Notes under the pieces: model-generated
Databases searched by the model: none
What the model was told of the DNA's origin: nothing
What the model saw: the letters and a program-made list of their open reading frames with translations, nothing else
Translations under genes and position numbers: made by a program
DNA from: an uncultured Planctomycetales bacterium
GTDB lineage: Bacteria; 4484-113; JAFGCY01
Reading direction: 5' to 3'
Assembly (NCBI GenBank): GCA_964512635.1
Contig: CAZEJB010000006.1
Location: forward strand, 1,500 to 65,499
DNA length: 64,000 nt
Shown: positions 1 to 9,390 of the stretch, piece by piece
How the letters are laid out: each line of letters begins with the position of its first letter
Position numbering within the stretch: the first letter of the stretch is position 1

Positions 1-470
1 CTGACCCGCCCGGCGGGGGTCAGCGGCTCGCGCGCCAGCTCCGCGAGCGCCAGCGACAGCACCTCACGCTGCTGCCCATGGTCATCCAGCGGCCGGTTGC
101 GCGCCCGCAGGTTATGCAGCAGGAAGCAGCAGCGGTAGTAGACCGCCTCCCAGAGCTCGGCGGGATCGGCATCCTCGGGAAGCTCTGTGCCCGCCGGCGC
201 GCGGCCCGCGCCAAGCGCGTCGAGGGTCGCGCTGAGCCAGTTCTCAAAGAGCGGCAGCGCCTTGGCATCCTCCCCCGCGTGCTGGAGCTTGAGAAAGCCG
301 TTGACCTGCGGGTAGAGGAAGTCGTAGAACTGCTGTCGCGTGAGTGGCACGCAGTGATTATTGCAGGCGGATGGCAGAGAACGCCGGTTTAGCCAGCAAC
401 TGCTTGAGCTCTTCTGATCTTTGAGCACCTGGCCGATAAGACTCTTTGCGATGATTTGCAAAGCGTCCAT
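1..470 (-). CDS. hypothetical protein, partial (3' end runs off window start)
   Basis: Reverse-strand frame not in the ORF track because it runs off the edge. ATG at 470 (or GTG at 362), then ...VPLTRQQFYDFLYPQVNGFLKLQHAGEDAKALPLFENWLSATLDALG...REPLTPAGRV, with strong GC3 bias from ~360 down to 1. The listed ORFs 20..268(-) and 78..392(+) are Arg/Ala-rich off-frame artefacts. Confidence 0.4.
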   Translation of the reverse strand, partial: MDALQIIAKSLIGQVLKDQKSSSSCWLNRRSLPSACNNHCVPLTRQQFYDFLYPQVNGFLKLQHAGEDAKALPLFENWLSATLDALGAGRAPAGTELPEDADPAELWEAVYYRCCFLLHNLRARNRPLDDHGQQREVLSLALAELAREPLTPAGRV

Positions 471-511
471 GAATGCCGGCTAAAGCCGGCGGTCCGACTT
501 GGGGACCTTCC

Positions 512-1699
512 CTACCCCGCTGCGGCGGCCTTGCTGGCCACGCCCTTGACGGTGCCCATCAGCGCGCGGGCGATGACGATGCGCTGCATCTCCTGGGTGC
601 CCTCGTAGATCTGCGTGATCTTGGCGTCGCGGAAATAGCGCTCGGCCGGGAAGTCGGTGGTGTAGCCATAGCCGCCGAGGATCTGCACCGCACGGTCGGC
701 GACCCAGACGGCGGTGTCGCCGGCGTAGAGCTTGGCCATGGAGCTTTCCTTGGTGTGCACCGCGCCCTGGTCCTTCATCCAGGCGGCGCGGTAGACCAGC
801 AGCCGGGCGGCGTCGATGCGCGTGGCCATGTCGGCGAGGTAGTTGCCGATGGTCTGGTGCTCGATGATCTTGCGACCGAAGGTCTCGCGCTGCTGGGCGT
901 ACTGCAGGGCGAAATCGAAGGCGCCCTGGGCGATGCCAAGCGCCTGGGCGGCGATGCCGATGCGGCTGACATCCAGCGCGTTGAAGGCCACCTTGAGGCC
1001 GCCGCCGGCCGGGCCCATCAGCATGTCGCCGGGGATCTTCACATCCTGCAGCACGATCTCGGCGGTATCCGACGCGCGGATGCCCATCTTGTCTTCCAGC
1101 TTGGAGACTGACAGGCCGGGGGTATCGCGCGGCACGATGAAGGCGCTGACCTGCTCGCTCTTGCGCGGGTTCTCGGGATGGCTGCGGGCGAAGATGATGT
1201 AGACGCTGGCGATGGCGCCGTTGGTGACCCAGAGCTTGGTGCCGTTCAGCACCCAGCCGCCGCTGCCGTCGGGCTTCGCCTCGCAGCTCATCGCCGCGGC
1301 GTCGGAGCCGCTGCCGGCCTCGGAGAGGCTGTAGGCCGCGATCCACTCGCCGGAGGCCATTTTGCTGCCGACGAGCTGCTTCTGCTCCTCGGTGCCCCAG
1401 TTCATCAGGGTCTTGCCGGTCAGGCCGCTGTGGACCGCCATGCAGACGCCGAAGGAAGCGTCGCAGCGCGAGAGCTCCTCGATGACGATGGCCTCGGAGA
1501 TGCCGTCTAGCGGGGTGCCGCCATAGGCCTCTTCGATGGTCATGCCGGGGAAGCCCAGCTCGCTCCACTTGGCCCACTTGTCTTTCGGGAAGGTCTTGCT
1601 CTTGTCGCGCTCCAGCGCGCCGGGCATCAGCTCGGTCTCGGCAAACTCGCGCACCGTCTGGCGTACCATTTCCTGCTCTTCAGTGGGGGCGAAAAACAT
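512..1699 (-). CDS. acyl-CoA dehydrogenase
   Basis: 395 aa with family-typical motifs (…GGYGYTTDFPAERYFRDAKITQIYEGTQEMQRIVIARAL…). AGGAGG 7 nt upstream of the ATG. Confidence 0.9.
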   Translation of the reverse strand: MFFAPTEEQEMVRQTVREFAETELMPGALERDKSKTFPKDKWAKWSELGFPGMTIEEAYGGTPLDGISEAIVIEELSRCDASFGVCMAVHSGLTGKTLMNWGTEEQKQLVGSKMASGEWIAAYSLSEAGSGSDAAAMSCEAKPDGSGGWVLNGTKLWVTNGAIASVYIIFARSHPENPRKSEQVSAFIVPRDTPGLSVSKLEDKMGIRASDTAEIVLQDVKIPGDMLMGPAGGGLKVAFNALDVSRIGIAAQALGIAQGAFDFALQYAQQRETFGRKIIEHQTIGNYLADMATRIDAARLLVYRAAWMKDQGAVHTKESSMAKLYAGDTAVWVADRAVQILGGYGYTTDFPAERYFRDAKITQIYEGTQEMQRIVIARALMGTVKGVASKAAAAG

Positions 1700-1875
1700 C
1701 GCGGGCCTCCTGGGGTTGACCGCTCAATTTTAGCCTGCGCGGGGCCAGTGCAGCAGATGGCGTGATGTTACCCAATGATACTTGTGAGGCGGGCAGCTCA
1801 GGGATAGGCTGTCGTATCAGACACAGCTGAAGGGGCGGGCATCTTCGGCCCGGCCTTCGCCTGAGGAGAATTGAG

Positions 1876-4635
1876 ATGAGAAGCCGCAACAATGCTCTAC
1901 CCGGCCTTGCGCGCCGGATGAACCAACTCTGGCTCCAGACTTTGAGCATCTGCCTGACAGCCGTGTTCTTCACCGCCTGCACTGGTACGCGAAGGGAGCT
2001 GCCATCGGACCTGGATCTGACTGCTGCGCCGGGCGGGCCCGCCACAGGCAGCCTGGGGGCGGATACGCAGGCAACAGGCCCGGCGCAATTCCCGCTGAGT
2101 CTGCCGGTGGACCATGCCCAGCCCTGGGACGGGCAAGTACAGCGCGGCGCAAGCGACTTTGACGCCGACAGCGTCTGGGTTCCCGGCAGCGATTACCTGC
2201 AGGCCCGCGGCCTGTTCGAAGGCAAGGCCGGCGATCCGTCGGTGCTGGAGATTGACAGCACGCCGGCGGGAGGGACTAACCCACTGAGCTATGCCCTTTA
2301 CCGTCTGCCGATGGCGGGTGCAGAGCCCGGCGCGATCAGCCTTGACGTGAACCTCAGCGCGGCTGCGCAGAGCCCGGCAGCGGGCTCCGGCGATGACGCG
2401 GGACTGGTCTACTGGGTTGGCGTGGCCAACTATGCCAGTGCGCGCTGGGAGTGGCACGGCCCGATGACGGATTCAGCCGTGCGCGTTGCGACCGCTGCCG
2501 CAGTGAAGGGCGGCGCGAGTTATCTCAGCGAACTTGGAAATGCCTTTGTAGCTGTAGTCAGCTATGACGGGCCGTACATCGAGGTACTTGGCCTCGGGGC
2601 AGCACCGTATGACAGCAGCGATAACCTGGCGCCGGAGCAGGTGGCCTTCAGTGCCCTGAACGACAGGCCCGGCGGGCTCGATTATTTCTATGGGCGGCTG
2701 GAAGACAGCAGCATTGCTGGCTATCAGGTCTACTACAGCAAGCAGCCTTTCACCGCTGCATCCAAAGGCAGTGCCAGGCGCCTGGCCTGGCTGGACAACA
2801 GCAGCGTTATAGCGCCGGTGGACCAGGGCCTGGTCAGTTTCCCGGCACAGGGCTCGCTTTATGTCGCGGTTGCTGCCGTGGACCTGGGAGGGAATGAGGG
2901 CCCCCTGTCAGCAGTGCGGCAGGCGCAGGCCGGCAGCGGATCCAATGTGAGGTTGCTGCTCAGCGTTGACAGCGCGGAAGGCCTGGTGAACAGCAACTCG
3001 GAGCTACAGATCAGCTTTGACCCGCCGCTGAGCGCAGTGGAAGATGAGCTGGGCGAGGCAGTCATCCTGGCCTTCGACCTCGACGGTGACGGCAGCGTTG
3101 ATGCTGAGGGCCTCGGCGGCGGAACCAGCAGCATCAACCTTGACACCGGCAAAACCGGAATTCTGAGGCCCAGGGCCTATGCCTATGCCAGCGGTGGCGA
3201 ATACGTTGCTCATGGCAGCGTGAGCCTCTTCATCAGCAGTAATGCTGCGCCGCATGCGGTGCTGAATGCGGACCAGACCCGCCTGTTGCTGACGCCAGAC
3301 AAGAACGCTGCCCTGGGCACTGTTAAGTTCGACATGTCCGCCAGCAGCGACCCCGACAACAGCTATGACGAGCTGGACTTCAGCCTGGACCACGACGGCG
3401 ATGGCGTCTTTGAAGCGATCAGCGGCAGCCAGCTTAAGAGCGTCGTCTATTCGCAGCCCGGGCCATGGCTTTGCAGCCTGAAGGCGACAGACCCGGCCGG
3501 CTACAGCACCAGCGCCAGCGTGATGATCCAGGCGCGAATGCTGAGCAGCTTTGAGGCCTCGAAGGGCGCGCTCACCGCTGAAACCAGCAACAAGCTTTGT
3601 CTCGCGAAGGAGCAAAGCAGCGGGACCATGGCGATGTTCTTCTATGAGGGCAGCACGATCTATTGCGTGCGTTCCGTTGATGCGAGCGGAACCGCCTGGG
3701 GCAGCCCGGAAGTGGCAGCAAGTGATGTATTCCTCCCAGGACGGATTTCCGCGCTTGGCCTGAACGGACGCTTCCTGCTTGTCTATCAGGATCACAGCAG
3801 CGAGACCCTGATGGCCTGCCGCACGTCCGGCGTTTATGGCAGCTGGTCCAGTTCGGCGACAATCGCCGACACCGGTAACGCCAATGAGACCGGCCTGATC
3901 TGCAGCGCTGCCATGATCGGCGGCGTGCCTGTGGTGGCCTACTTCGAGGAAGAAGGAGACGGACAGCACAAGCTGCTCTACCGCCCGGCCAGTGACAATC
4001 AGGCCAACGCCTGGGGCGGCGCGGCAGCCGTACAGGTTGACGTGGCCAACCTTGATCCAGGCACCGCTGATAACTGTCTGGTGCTGCTGGAAGTGGGTGG
4101 CGAACCGGCTGTGTTCTATGTCAGTGATGGCGAGCTGAGCTATGAACGCCGCGGAAAGTTACTGGATATCCCGAACTGGAGCTCCAGCGGGGCGCTGCTT
4201 GACGCAACTGAAAGCATCCACACAAGCGGGTTGGCTGCGGCGATCATCGGCGGCAACCCCGCGGTTGCCTACAGCCGCTTTGACAGCAGTAAGACCGTGT
4301 TCATGCGTGCCGAGGACGCGACGGGATTTGCCTGGGCGGAGCCAGTCGTGTTTAACGCGAGCGGCAGCCAGTCGCTTGCTCTGCTTTCCCTGCCGGACGG
4401 GCGGGCGGCGCTTTACAGTATCAGCAATAGTGCGGACGCGAGCCTGCGCTTCAACCTGAGCCTGGACAACAGCGCGAGCAGTTGGACCGGCTTTGGATAC
4501 ATCCGCAGCGGTGGCTGCGGCGATGACTGCGCGGCCCTGCTTGGCAGTCTGGGCCAGCCCATCGCGGCCAGCTTCAGCTACTCACCCAACAGCAGCACCT
4601 GGTACGACCTGAACTGCGTCAGGCCTGTGTACTAG
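1876..4635 (+). CDS. secreted/probable lipoprotein: N-terminal WEWHGP module plus C-terminal ~45-aa beta-propeller-like repeats
   Basis: 919 aa. GAGGAG Shine-Dalgarno sequence and signal peptide ending FFTAC. Motif YWVGVANYASARWEWHGP is shared with two other secreted proteins in the window. Repeated ...IGG.P.VAY...-type blades in the C-terminal half. Confidence 0.8.
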   Translation: MRSRNNALPGLARRMNQLWLQTLSICLTAVFFTACTGTRRELPSDLDLTAAPGGPATGSLGADTQATGPAQFPLSLPVDHAQPWDGQVQRGASDFDADSVWVPGSDYLQARGLFEGKAGDPSVLEIDSTPAGGTNPLSYALYRLPMAGAEPGAISLDVNLSAAAQSPAAGSGDDAGLVYWVGVANYASARWEWHGPMTDSAVRVATAAAVKGGASYLSELGNAFVAVVSYDGPYIEVLGLGAAPYDSSDNLAPEQVAFSALNDRPGGLDYFYGRLEDSSIAGYQVYYSKQPFTAASKGSARRLAWLDNSSVIAPVDQGLVSFPAQGSLYVAVAAVDLGGNEGPLSAVRQAQAGSGSNVRLLLSVDSAEGLVNSNSELQISFDPPLSAVEDELGEAVILAFDLDGDGSVDAEGLGGGTSSINLDTGKTGILRPRAYAYASGGEYVAHGSVSLFISSNAAPHAVLNADQTRLLLTPDKNAALGTVKFDMSASSDPDNSYDELDFSLDHDGDGVFEAISGSQLKSVVYSQPGPWLCSLKATDPAGYSTSASVMIQARMLSSFEASKGALTAETSNKLCLAKEQSSGTMAMFFYEGSTIYCVRSVDASGTAWGSPEVAASDVFLPGRISALGLNGRFLLVYQDHSSETLMACRTSGVYGSWSSSATIADTGNANETGLICSAAMIGGVPVVAYFEEEGDGQHKLLYRPASDNQANAWGGAAAVQVDVANLDPGTADNCLVLLEVGGEPAVFYVSDGELSYERRGKLLDIPNWSSSGALLDATESIHTSGLAAAIIGGNPAVAYSRFDSSKTVFMRAEDATGFAWAEPVVFNASGSQSLALLSLPDGRAALYSISNSADASLRFNLSLDNSASSWTGFGYIRSGGCGDDCAALLGSLGQPIAASFSYSPNSSTWYDLNCVRPVY

Positions 4636-4692
4636 CGTCCGGTACGATGCAGGCGGACCTTGCGCCAGGCCGGCAAGAAACGTCCGCAGCTC

Positions 4693-7263
4693 TCAGGGCG
4701 CCCAGATGTAGTTGAGGCTGCCGGCGCTGTAGTCCAGGTACGCAATGCCCGGCTGTTCGTCGTAGATGTCGGCGGCAATGCTGCAGCCCGTGCCGATATC
4801 CCCGCTGAAATCCAGCAGCTCGGGGGCGTTCCAGTTTGTAGCGTCCGAGATCTTGGACCGGACCAGCTTGAGGTTATCGTTATCGGCATCGTAGTAGCAG
4901 ACCATCGGAATCCCGTTGATCAGCGCCATGCCGCTGTCCCAGCCCAGGCTGTCACCGGCATCCAGCACGAGCGGAGCGGCCCAGGTGCTGCCATTGGGAC
5001 TGGTGGCGTTAATCACTCGCAGATGCCCCAGGTAGCGATAGCTGACCGAGGGTCTTGAGTTCAGCTTGTCAATCAGAACGATATCGCCCAGGCCGATGAA
5101 CTCGTTCCCCCCGGTGTCCAGCAGGATCCGGTCGCCCCATTGCACGCCCTTGGAGTCCTCCGCGCGGGTGTAGTACAGCTGGGTGAAGCTTGATTCAGTA
5201 TAAGCGACTGCCGGGCGCCCGTTGACAATTGCCAGCGAGCAATACTGTCCGCCATCGATAGGGGCGGATTCATTAATCAGACGAGCTGTATCCGGCCAGT
5301 CCTCACCGAGCGGATCAATAGCCCTTTTGTAACGTAGCTCTCTAACGCCATTCGACACAGAGGTGTAGGCGATGGCGGCCCGTCCATCAACCTGGGCCAG
5401 GGAGCAGAACTGACCCTCATCCGCATCAACAAGCTCCGGAAGGTCAAGCGGTGCGTCCCAGCTTGATCCGTTGAAATCAAGCGCGCGGATGAACATCAGA
5501 TTGTCATCCGTGTCGTTGTAGTAGGCAATGCAGGGATTGCCGTTAATGACCTTCAGGTCGCAGTAAAGGCCGGTCCGGCCGTTGCTGTCGAGAACCTGCA
5601 CCGCGCCCCAGCTTGCGCCAAGTGGGTCGTTGGCGTGGACAAAGCACAAGTCCTTGCCCGTCGACTCGTAGTAGGCGATCGCCGGCGTGTTGTTCACCAT
5701 GGCCAGTGAGGTATAGGTTGACGGCGTCCCGCTGGATGTAACCGTCACCGGGCCTGTACCGACGTTGACCTTGCAGGATGCCTCGCTCTGGTTGTTGGCC
5801 CCGTCAGTCACCCGCACTCGAACAAATCCTCTCCAGGGCGTGCTGAAGGTATGGAAAATGTCCGGGTCAGTGCCGGAATCCAGTTCGAAGATGTTGTCAC
5901 CGTTACGGTCCCATTCGTACTTGACGATGCTGTCCCCGCTGTCGCCGCCCGCATTGCTGGCGCTGGCGTCCAGATACACCGTGAATGGTGGCGCGGCCTT
6001 GTGCGCCTCGATCGGTGTGAGCACGGCGGCCGGCGGCGCATTCGACGGATCAAATACGCTGATCGTGACCTGTGCCGTGGCCTGGTTGCCGCCGGCGTCG
6101 GTAACACGCACCTTCGTACCGAACTGGCCGGCCGAGGTGAACGTATGGCTGAAGGTCGAATCGCTGGCCGAGTCTTCATCGTATGCGCCGCGGCCGTCCC
6201 AGTCCCACTCGTAGAGGATGATCTGATCGCCATCCAGTCCACCGTTGCTGGCGCTGGCATCGAAGTTGACCGTCAGCGGGAATTCGCCGGAGTAGGTATC
6301 GGCTTCTAGCGCAGCCACTGGTGGCACGCCGCCGGTACTGATGTTCATTTCGCAGCTGTCTGAAGCTTTCTGGCCGGTACTGTCGCTGACGAAGACCGTG
6401 ATGGTCCAGGCACCGGCGCTGAAGTTGAAGCTCTGCGAGGCCTCCGGCCCGGCGAGGTCGATGTTGCCGTCGCCGTCGAGGTCCCACTCGTAGAGCACGA
6501 TGCTGTCGCCGATATCGCCGCCCGCATCGCTCTGCGAAGCATCCAGCTCGGCAAAGTACGGCGCCTCGCCGGTGACACTTTCCGGGGTCAGGATGGCATT
6601 TGGCGGAACATTTCCAGTGATGTCAAGATGCAGGCTCAGGCCTTCAACAGAGGCGAGACTGCCCTTATCGCAGAGTACAGCGCAGTACAGCTTGCTGGCC
6701 GACGAGAGGTAGTCGGTGCCATTGCCGGTCGGCAGGCTAATCGTGTCAAAGGCATCGCCAGAATCGAAAGCCCCATGCCACTCCCAGGTGCCCTTCGCAA
6801 AATTGGATAAGGCGATCCAGCACTTGCTGTCACCCGGAACATCCAGCTCCAGATCCAGTCCCAGGATGTCAAGCTCGCCGCCGGCATAAAAGCCGTAGAC
6901 CGCCCACTCGGCTTGTGAGCCGCCGTTGGGGCCAGCAGCAGTTGCGTCGATCAGGCATGTGTCACCGGACGCCACAGCGCCGCTGCTGAGCTGAGTTGCC
7001 CCGGCGCCATCCTGGACCAGATCCTGTAGAGCGCTTGCAAGGTGGAGCTGATCCAGAACCGGCAAGGCCGGAAGTTCTGCCTGGGCTGGATGGAGTTTCT
7101 GTTGTTCTGAGACATTGGCACCGTTGTCATTCTCAGCTGCCGGCACAGGGGAAGAGCTGGTTCGTTGCCCGGCGCAGCCTGACAATGTGAAGATCAACAA
7201 CAATGCAATGATCCTGGTCGCAACTATACTGGCACAGCCCGTGCGCGTTGGCTGCTGGTTCAT
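4693..7263 (-). CDS. secreted lipoprotein: N-terminal WEWHG module, multiple PKD domains, beta-propeller-like repeats
   Basis: 856 aa. Lipobox LSGC, module CWIALSNFAKGTWEWHGAF, and at least three PKD-type repeats (…FDASASNGGLDGDQIILYEWDWDG…). C-terminal repeats of LxxVNGxPxIAYY…R(A)xD. Confidence 0.8.
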   Translation of the reverse strand: MNQQPTRTGCASIVATRIIALLLIFTLSGCAGQRTSSSPVPAAENDNGANVSEQQKLHPAQAELPALPVLDQLHLASALQDLVQDGAGATQLSSGAVASGDTCLIDATAAGPNGGSQAEWAVYGFYAGGELDILGLDLELDVPGDSKCWIALSNFAKGTWEWHGAFDSGDAFDTISLPTGNGTDYLSSASKLYCAVLCDKGSLASVEGLSLHLDITGNVPPNAILTPESVTGEAPYFAELDASQSDAGGDIGDSIVLYEWDLDGDGNIDLAGPEASQSFNFSAGAWTITVFVSDSTGQKASDSCEMNISTGGVPPVAALEADTYSGEFPLTVNFDASASNGGLDGDQIILYEWDWDGRGAYDEDSASDSTFSHTFTSAGQFGTKVRVTDAGGNQATAQVTISVFDPSNAPPAAVLTPIEAHKAAPPFTVYLDASASNAGGDSGDSIVKYEWDRNGDNIFELDSGTDPDIFHTFSTPWRGFVRVRVTDGANNQSEASCKVNVGTGPVTVTSSGTPSTYTSLAMVNNTPAIAYYESTGKDLCFVHANDPLGASWGAVQVLDSNGRTGLYCDLKVINGNPCIAYYNDTDDNLMFIRALDFNGSSWDAPLDLPELVDADEGQFCSLAQVDGRAAIAYTSVSNGVRELRYKRAIDPLGEDWPDTARLINESAPIDGGQYCSLAIVNGRPAVAYTESSFTQLYYTRAEDSKGVQWGDRILLDTGGNEFIGLGDIVLIDKLNSRPSVSYRYLGHLRVINATSPNGSTWAAPLVLDAGDSLGWDSGMALINGIPMVCYYDADNDNLKLVRSKISDATNWNAPELLDFSGDIGTGCSIAADIYDEQPGIAYLDYSAGSLNYIWAP

Positions 7264-7438
7264 GGGTTCCTCCTGGACTCAGGCGGCTGGCCTGCATCCC
7301 AAAACTCTACCCATCCTGTCTTGCTTCCGATAGTACGTGATATGCAATGTATCAACAACAAACCGGTCATTTCTCAGCGCGGCCTGGATAATCCAAACGG
7401 CCCCGGATCTGACCATACCACTGCCGCTGGTACCTGAA

Positions 7439-8743
7439 ATGCGCTTCGAAGATACAGTTGCCCTGAACCGTCAAACACTGAGCAGGCGTCTAGGTCAGCT
7501 TGGCCTGACCCAGTCTGCGCTGGCGGAAGATATTGGTGTAAGCCGCCTGACAGTCGGACGCTGGCTCAGCGGCAGGGTCGAGCGCATCAGCCGCAGCAAT
7601 CTCGAACGGTTGAGTCAGCGACTTGCCTGCAGCGTTGAGGAGCTGACAGAAGTTGACACGCACGGCCGTGGTCCGCGGCAAGAAGATCGGGAGCAGGCCG
7701 CCCGGATGATTGTCAGTCGAGAGGTACTTGACCTGTTTACTGCTTCGGGCCAGATAGCAAAGTACGAACAACTGCTCCGGGCGGTGGCTCACCCCAGTAT
7801 CGACTACCAGGAGCTCCTGGACCTGTATGTCATGCTGACCTTTGTTGCCGCTAAGCGTGGCGACATGCCGAGGACGAGGCGCTATGCCCGGCTCAAGCAA
7901 AGATTTGCAGAGCAGTGCGGCGATATCGAGATGCAGTTGGAGGCCCGGATGAATCTGGCGGTCAGTGAGGCCGTTTTGGGGCGACTGCGTCCCGCGCGGG
8001 AGCAGCTGCACGGTCTGTTGGCCATGGCTGAGAGCCTTAATGCAGCTGAGGTGCTTCCTGTTGCCCTGATAAACCTCATCCTGATCAACAGAGTGCTGGC
8101 TTTTCCCCGCCGTGCAGCGATACACAGCGTTCACGTGCTTCACGTACTGGCATCGCTGCCACTCCACAGCTTTGACCTCGGAGCAGCCTACAGCAACATT
8201 TCGCGGCTGCTGTTGGAGAGTGGCAGACTTTCGGAGGCGCGTGAGTTTCTAAATGCGGCGCGACCGCTTCTGCAACAACGCTTGACACCGCACGAGCTGG
8301 CTGAACTGGAGCTGTACTCAGTAGCATTGAACTGCCTGGCTGCTAAGACTGATGTTCCGGACGCGGAAATACTGCGCCTGAACGAACTCATGCTTGTCGC
8401 GCCGCAGGTCAATGCAGGAAGCTTATTCTGGGCGGCACTGATACTGCGCCGGCAGGGGAGCTTCGCCGCCGCTGGCAGGCTGATCGAGAGTATGCTGGGC
8501 TCAGGGGCCACAGGTGAGACTGACCGGGCTTTCCTGCTCCGTGAGCAGGCCCGGCTCTTCGTAGCGATGAGGCAGCCAGAACTCGCCCTTGAGGCCATTG
8601 AGGCCTCAAACAGCGCCTTTGCGCGTCTCGGGATATCAGGCCGCATAGACGCAGACCCGGGCACGGAGGCGGACGGGGTCTTTGTACTGCCTGTGGCAAT
8701 GGTTGGGCGGTTGACCCGTCTGCTTCCGCCGGCCAGTTGCTGA
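7439..8743 (+). CDS. XRE-family HTH regulator with C-terminal TPR-like helical domain (paralog 1 of 6, most divergent)
   Basis: MRFEDTVALNRQTLSRRLGQLGLTQSALAEDIGVSRLTVGRWLSGRVERISRSNLERLSQRLAC is a Cro/C1-type helix-turn-helix. About 350 aa of paired helices follow. The ATG at 7439 aligns with the starts of paralogs 2-6. The track ORF begins at 7337. Confidence 0.7.
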   Translation: MRFEDTVALNRQTLSRRLGQLGLTQSALAEDIGVSRLTVGRWLSGRVERISRSNLERLSQRLACSVEELTEVDTHGRGPRQEDREQAARMIVSREVLDLFTASGQIAKYEQLLRAVAHPSIDYQELLDLYVMLTFVAAKRGDMPRTRRYARLKQRFAEQCGDIEMQLEARMNLAVSEAVLGRLRPAREQLHGLLAMAESLNAAEVLPVALINLILINRVLAFPRRAAIHSVHVLHVLASLPLHSFDLGAAYSNISRLLLESGRLSEAREFLNAARPLLQQRLTPHELAELELYSVALNCLAAKTDVPDAEILRLNELMLVAPQVNAGSLFWAALILRRQGSFAAAGRLIESMLGSGATGETDRAFLLREQARLFVAMRQPELALEAIEASNSAFARLGISGRIDADPGTEADGVFVLPVAMVGRLTRLLPPASC

Positions 8744-9138
8744 GAATTGTCAGTCAGCACACTTCTGCTCAGCGAACGTGTTACCCAATGTTCATTGACC
8801 CGGATCGCCTGAGCAGGTAGTTTATTCACGGCAGCAGCGCGGCCGCAAGGCAGCGCGCTGGAGCGCCGGAAGCGGTTACCGACTGAAATGTCACACATGA
8901 ACTCAGCTGCGCATGACGGGGTCGCCAGACTGGCGGCGGCGGCGCTCAGCGCGCGCGTTGCCCTGGCCGGCCATCCGGCTGCGGCTGCTGGAATGCCGAG
9001 CGCGGTGCGCACAGACGATCAGGCATCCCCAACCCCGTCAAACGGATTCCCCCCCGTTTGGCCAGTTGCGGCGGGCCGGCCCGACCGGTCCGCCGCAGTT
9101 TCATCCTCCCGGCCTGCCGACAGGTCCGGGACTGAACA

Positions 9139-9285
9139 GGTTTTCTCTCTATCACAGCGGCAAGTCAGGACCGGGGACTTCCAACCGGTTCCCCGGTCCT
9201 GGCACCTCCACTTTGCCGCGCTGAGCGATTAACGGGTTTTCTCTATTCACAGCGGCAAGCCGGGACAGGCGCAAGTCTGTCCCGG
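9139..9285 (+). repeat. tandem duplicated ~95-bp module (GGTTTTCTCT(C)TAT(T)CACAGCGGCAAG plus a perfect hairpin) in the 600-bp gap between regulator paralogs 1 and 2
   Basis: Copy 1: 9139-9164 plus an 11-bp perfect stem (9167-9177/9190-9200). Copy 2: 9234-9259 plus a 9-bp perfect stem (9260-9268/9277-9285). The stems differ in sequence but both pair perfectly. Both are followed by GCAC(C)T…CACTTT. Confidence 0.5.
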
Positions 9286-9377
9286 CAACCTGTCTTCCTG
9301 CACTTTCCTGCAAGCGTTGGTCTGCATACTTCACCAGCGGCTGGCGCCGGCAGCTTGGCTTGCGGCCCAGGCGGGCC

Positions 9378-9383
9378 TATACT
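9378..9383 (+). promoter_or_regulatory. TATACT -10-like box 7 nt upstream of the GTG start of paralog 2 (leaderless-type)
   Basis: The same hexamer lies 6-8 nt upstream of the start of paralogs 2-6. No Shine-Dalgarno sequence. Confidence 0.4.
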
Positions 9384-9390
9384 TTGCACA

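Noticed and set aside
20-392. Track ORFs 20..268(-) and 78..392(+) at the window start
   Set aside because: Both are Arg/Ala-rich off-frame readings. A third minus frame gives a normal-composition protein with strong GC3 bias (reported as the partial CDS 1..470)
8888-9232. 114-aa Ala/Pro-rich ORF in the paralog 1 to paralog 2 spacer
   Set aside because: It is low-complexity and has a weak GC3 bias. Its 3' half runs straight through the two hairpin repeats, and there is no Shine-Dalgarno sequence. It is more likely non-coding
9139-9285. Possible CRISPR array (repeats beginning GTTTTCTCT…)
   Set aside because: There are only two copies with a ~95-bp period. The hairpin parts differ completely between the copies. 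There are no further repeats and no cas genes. It was treated as a duplicated structured module instead
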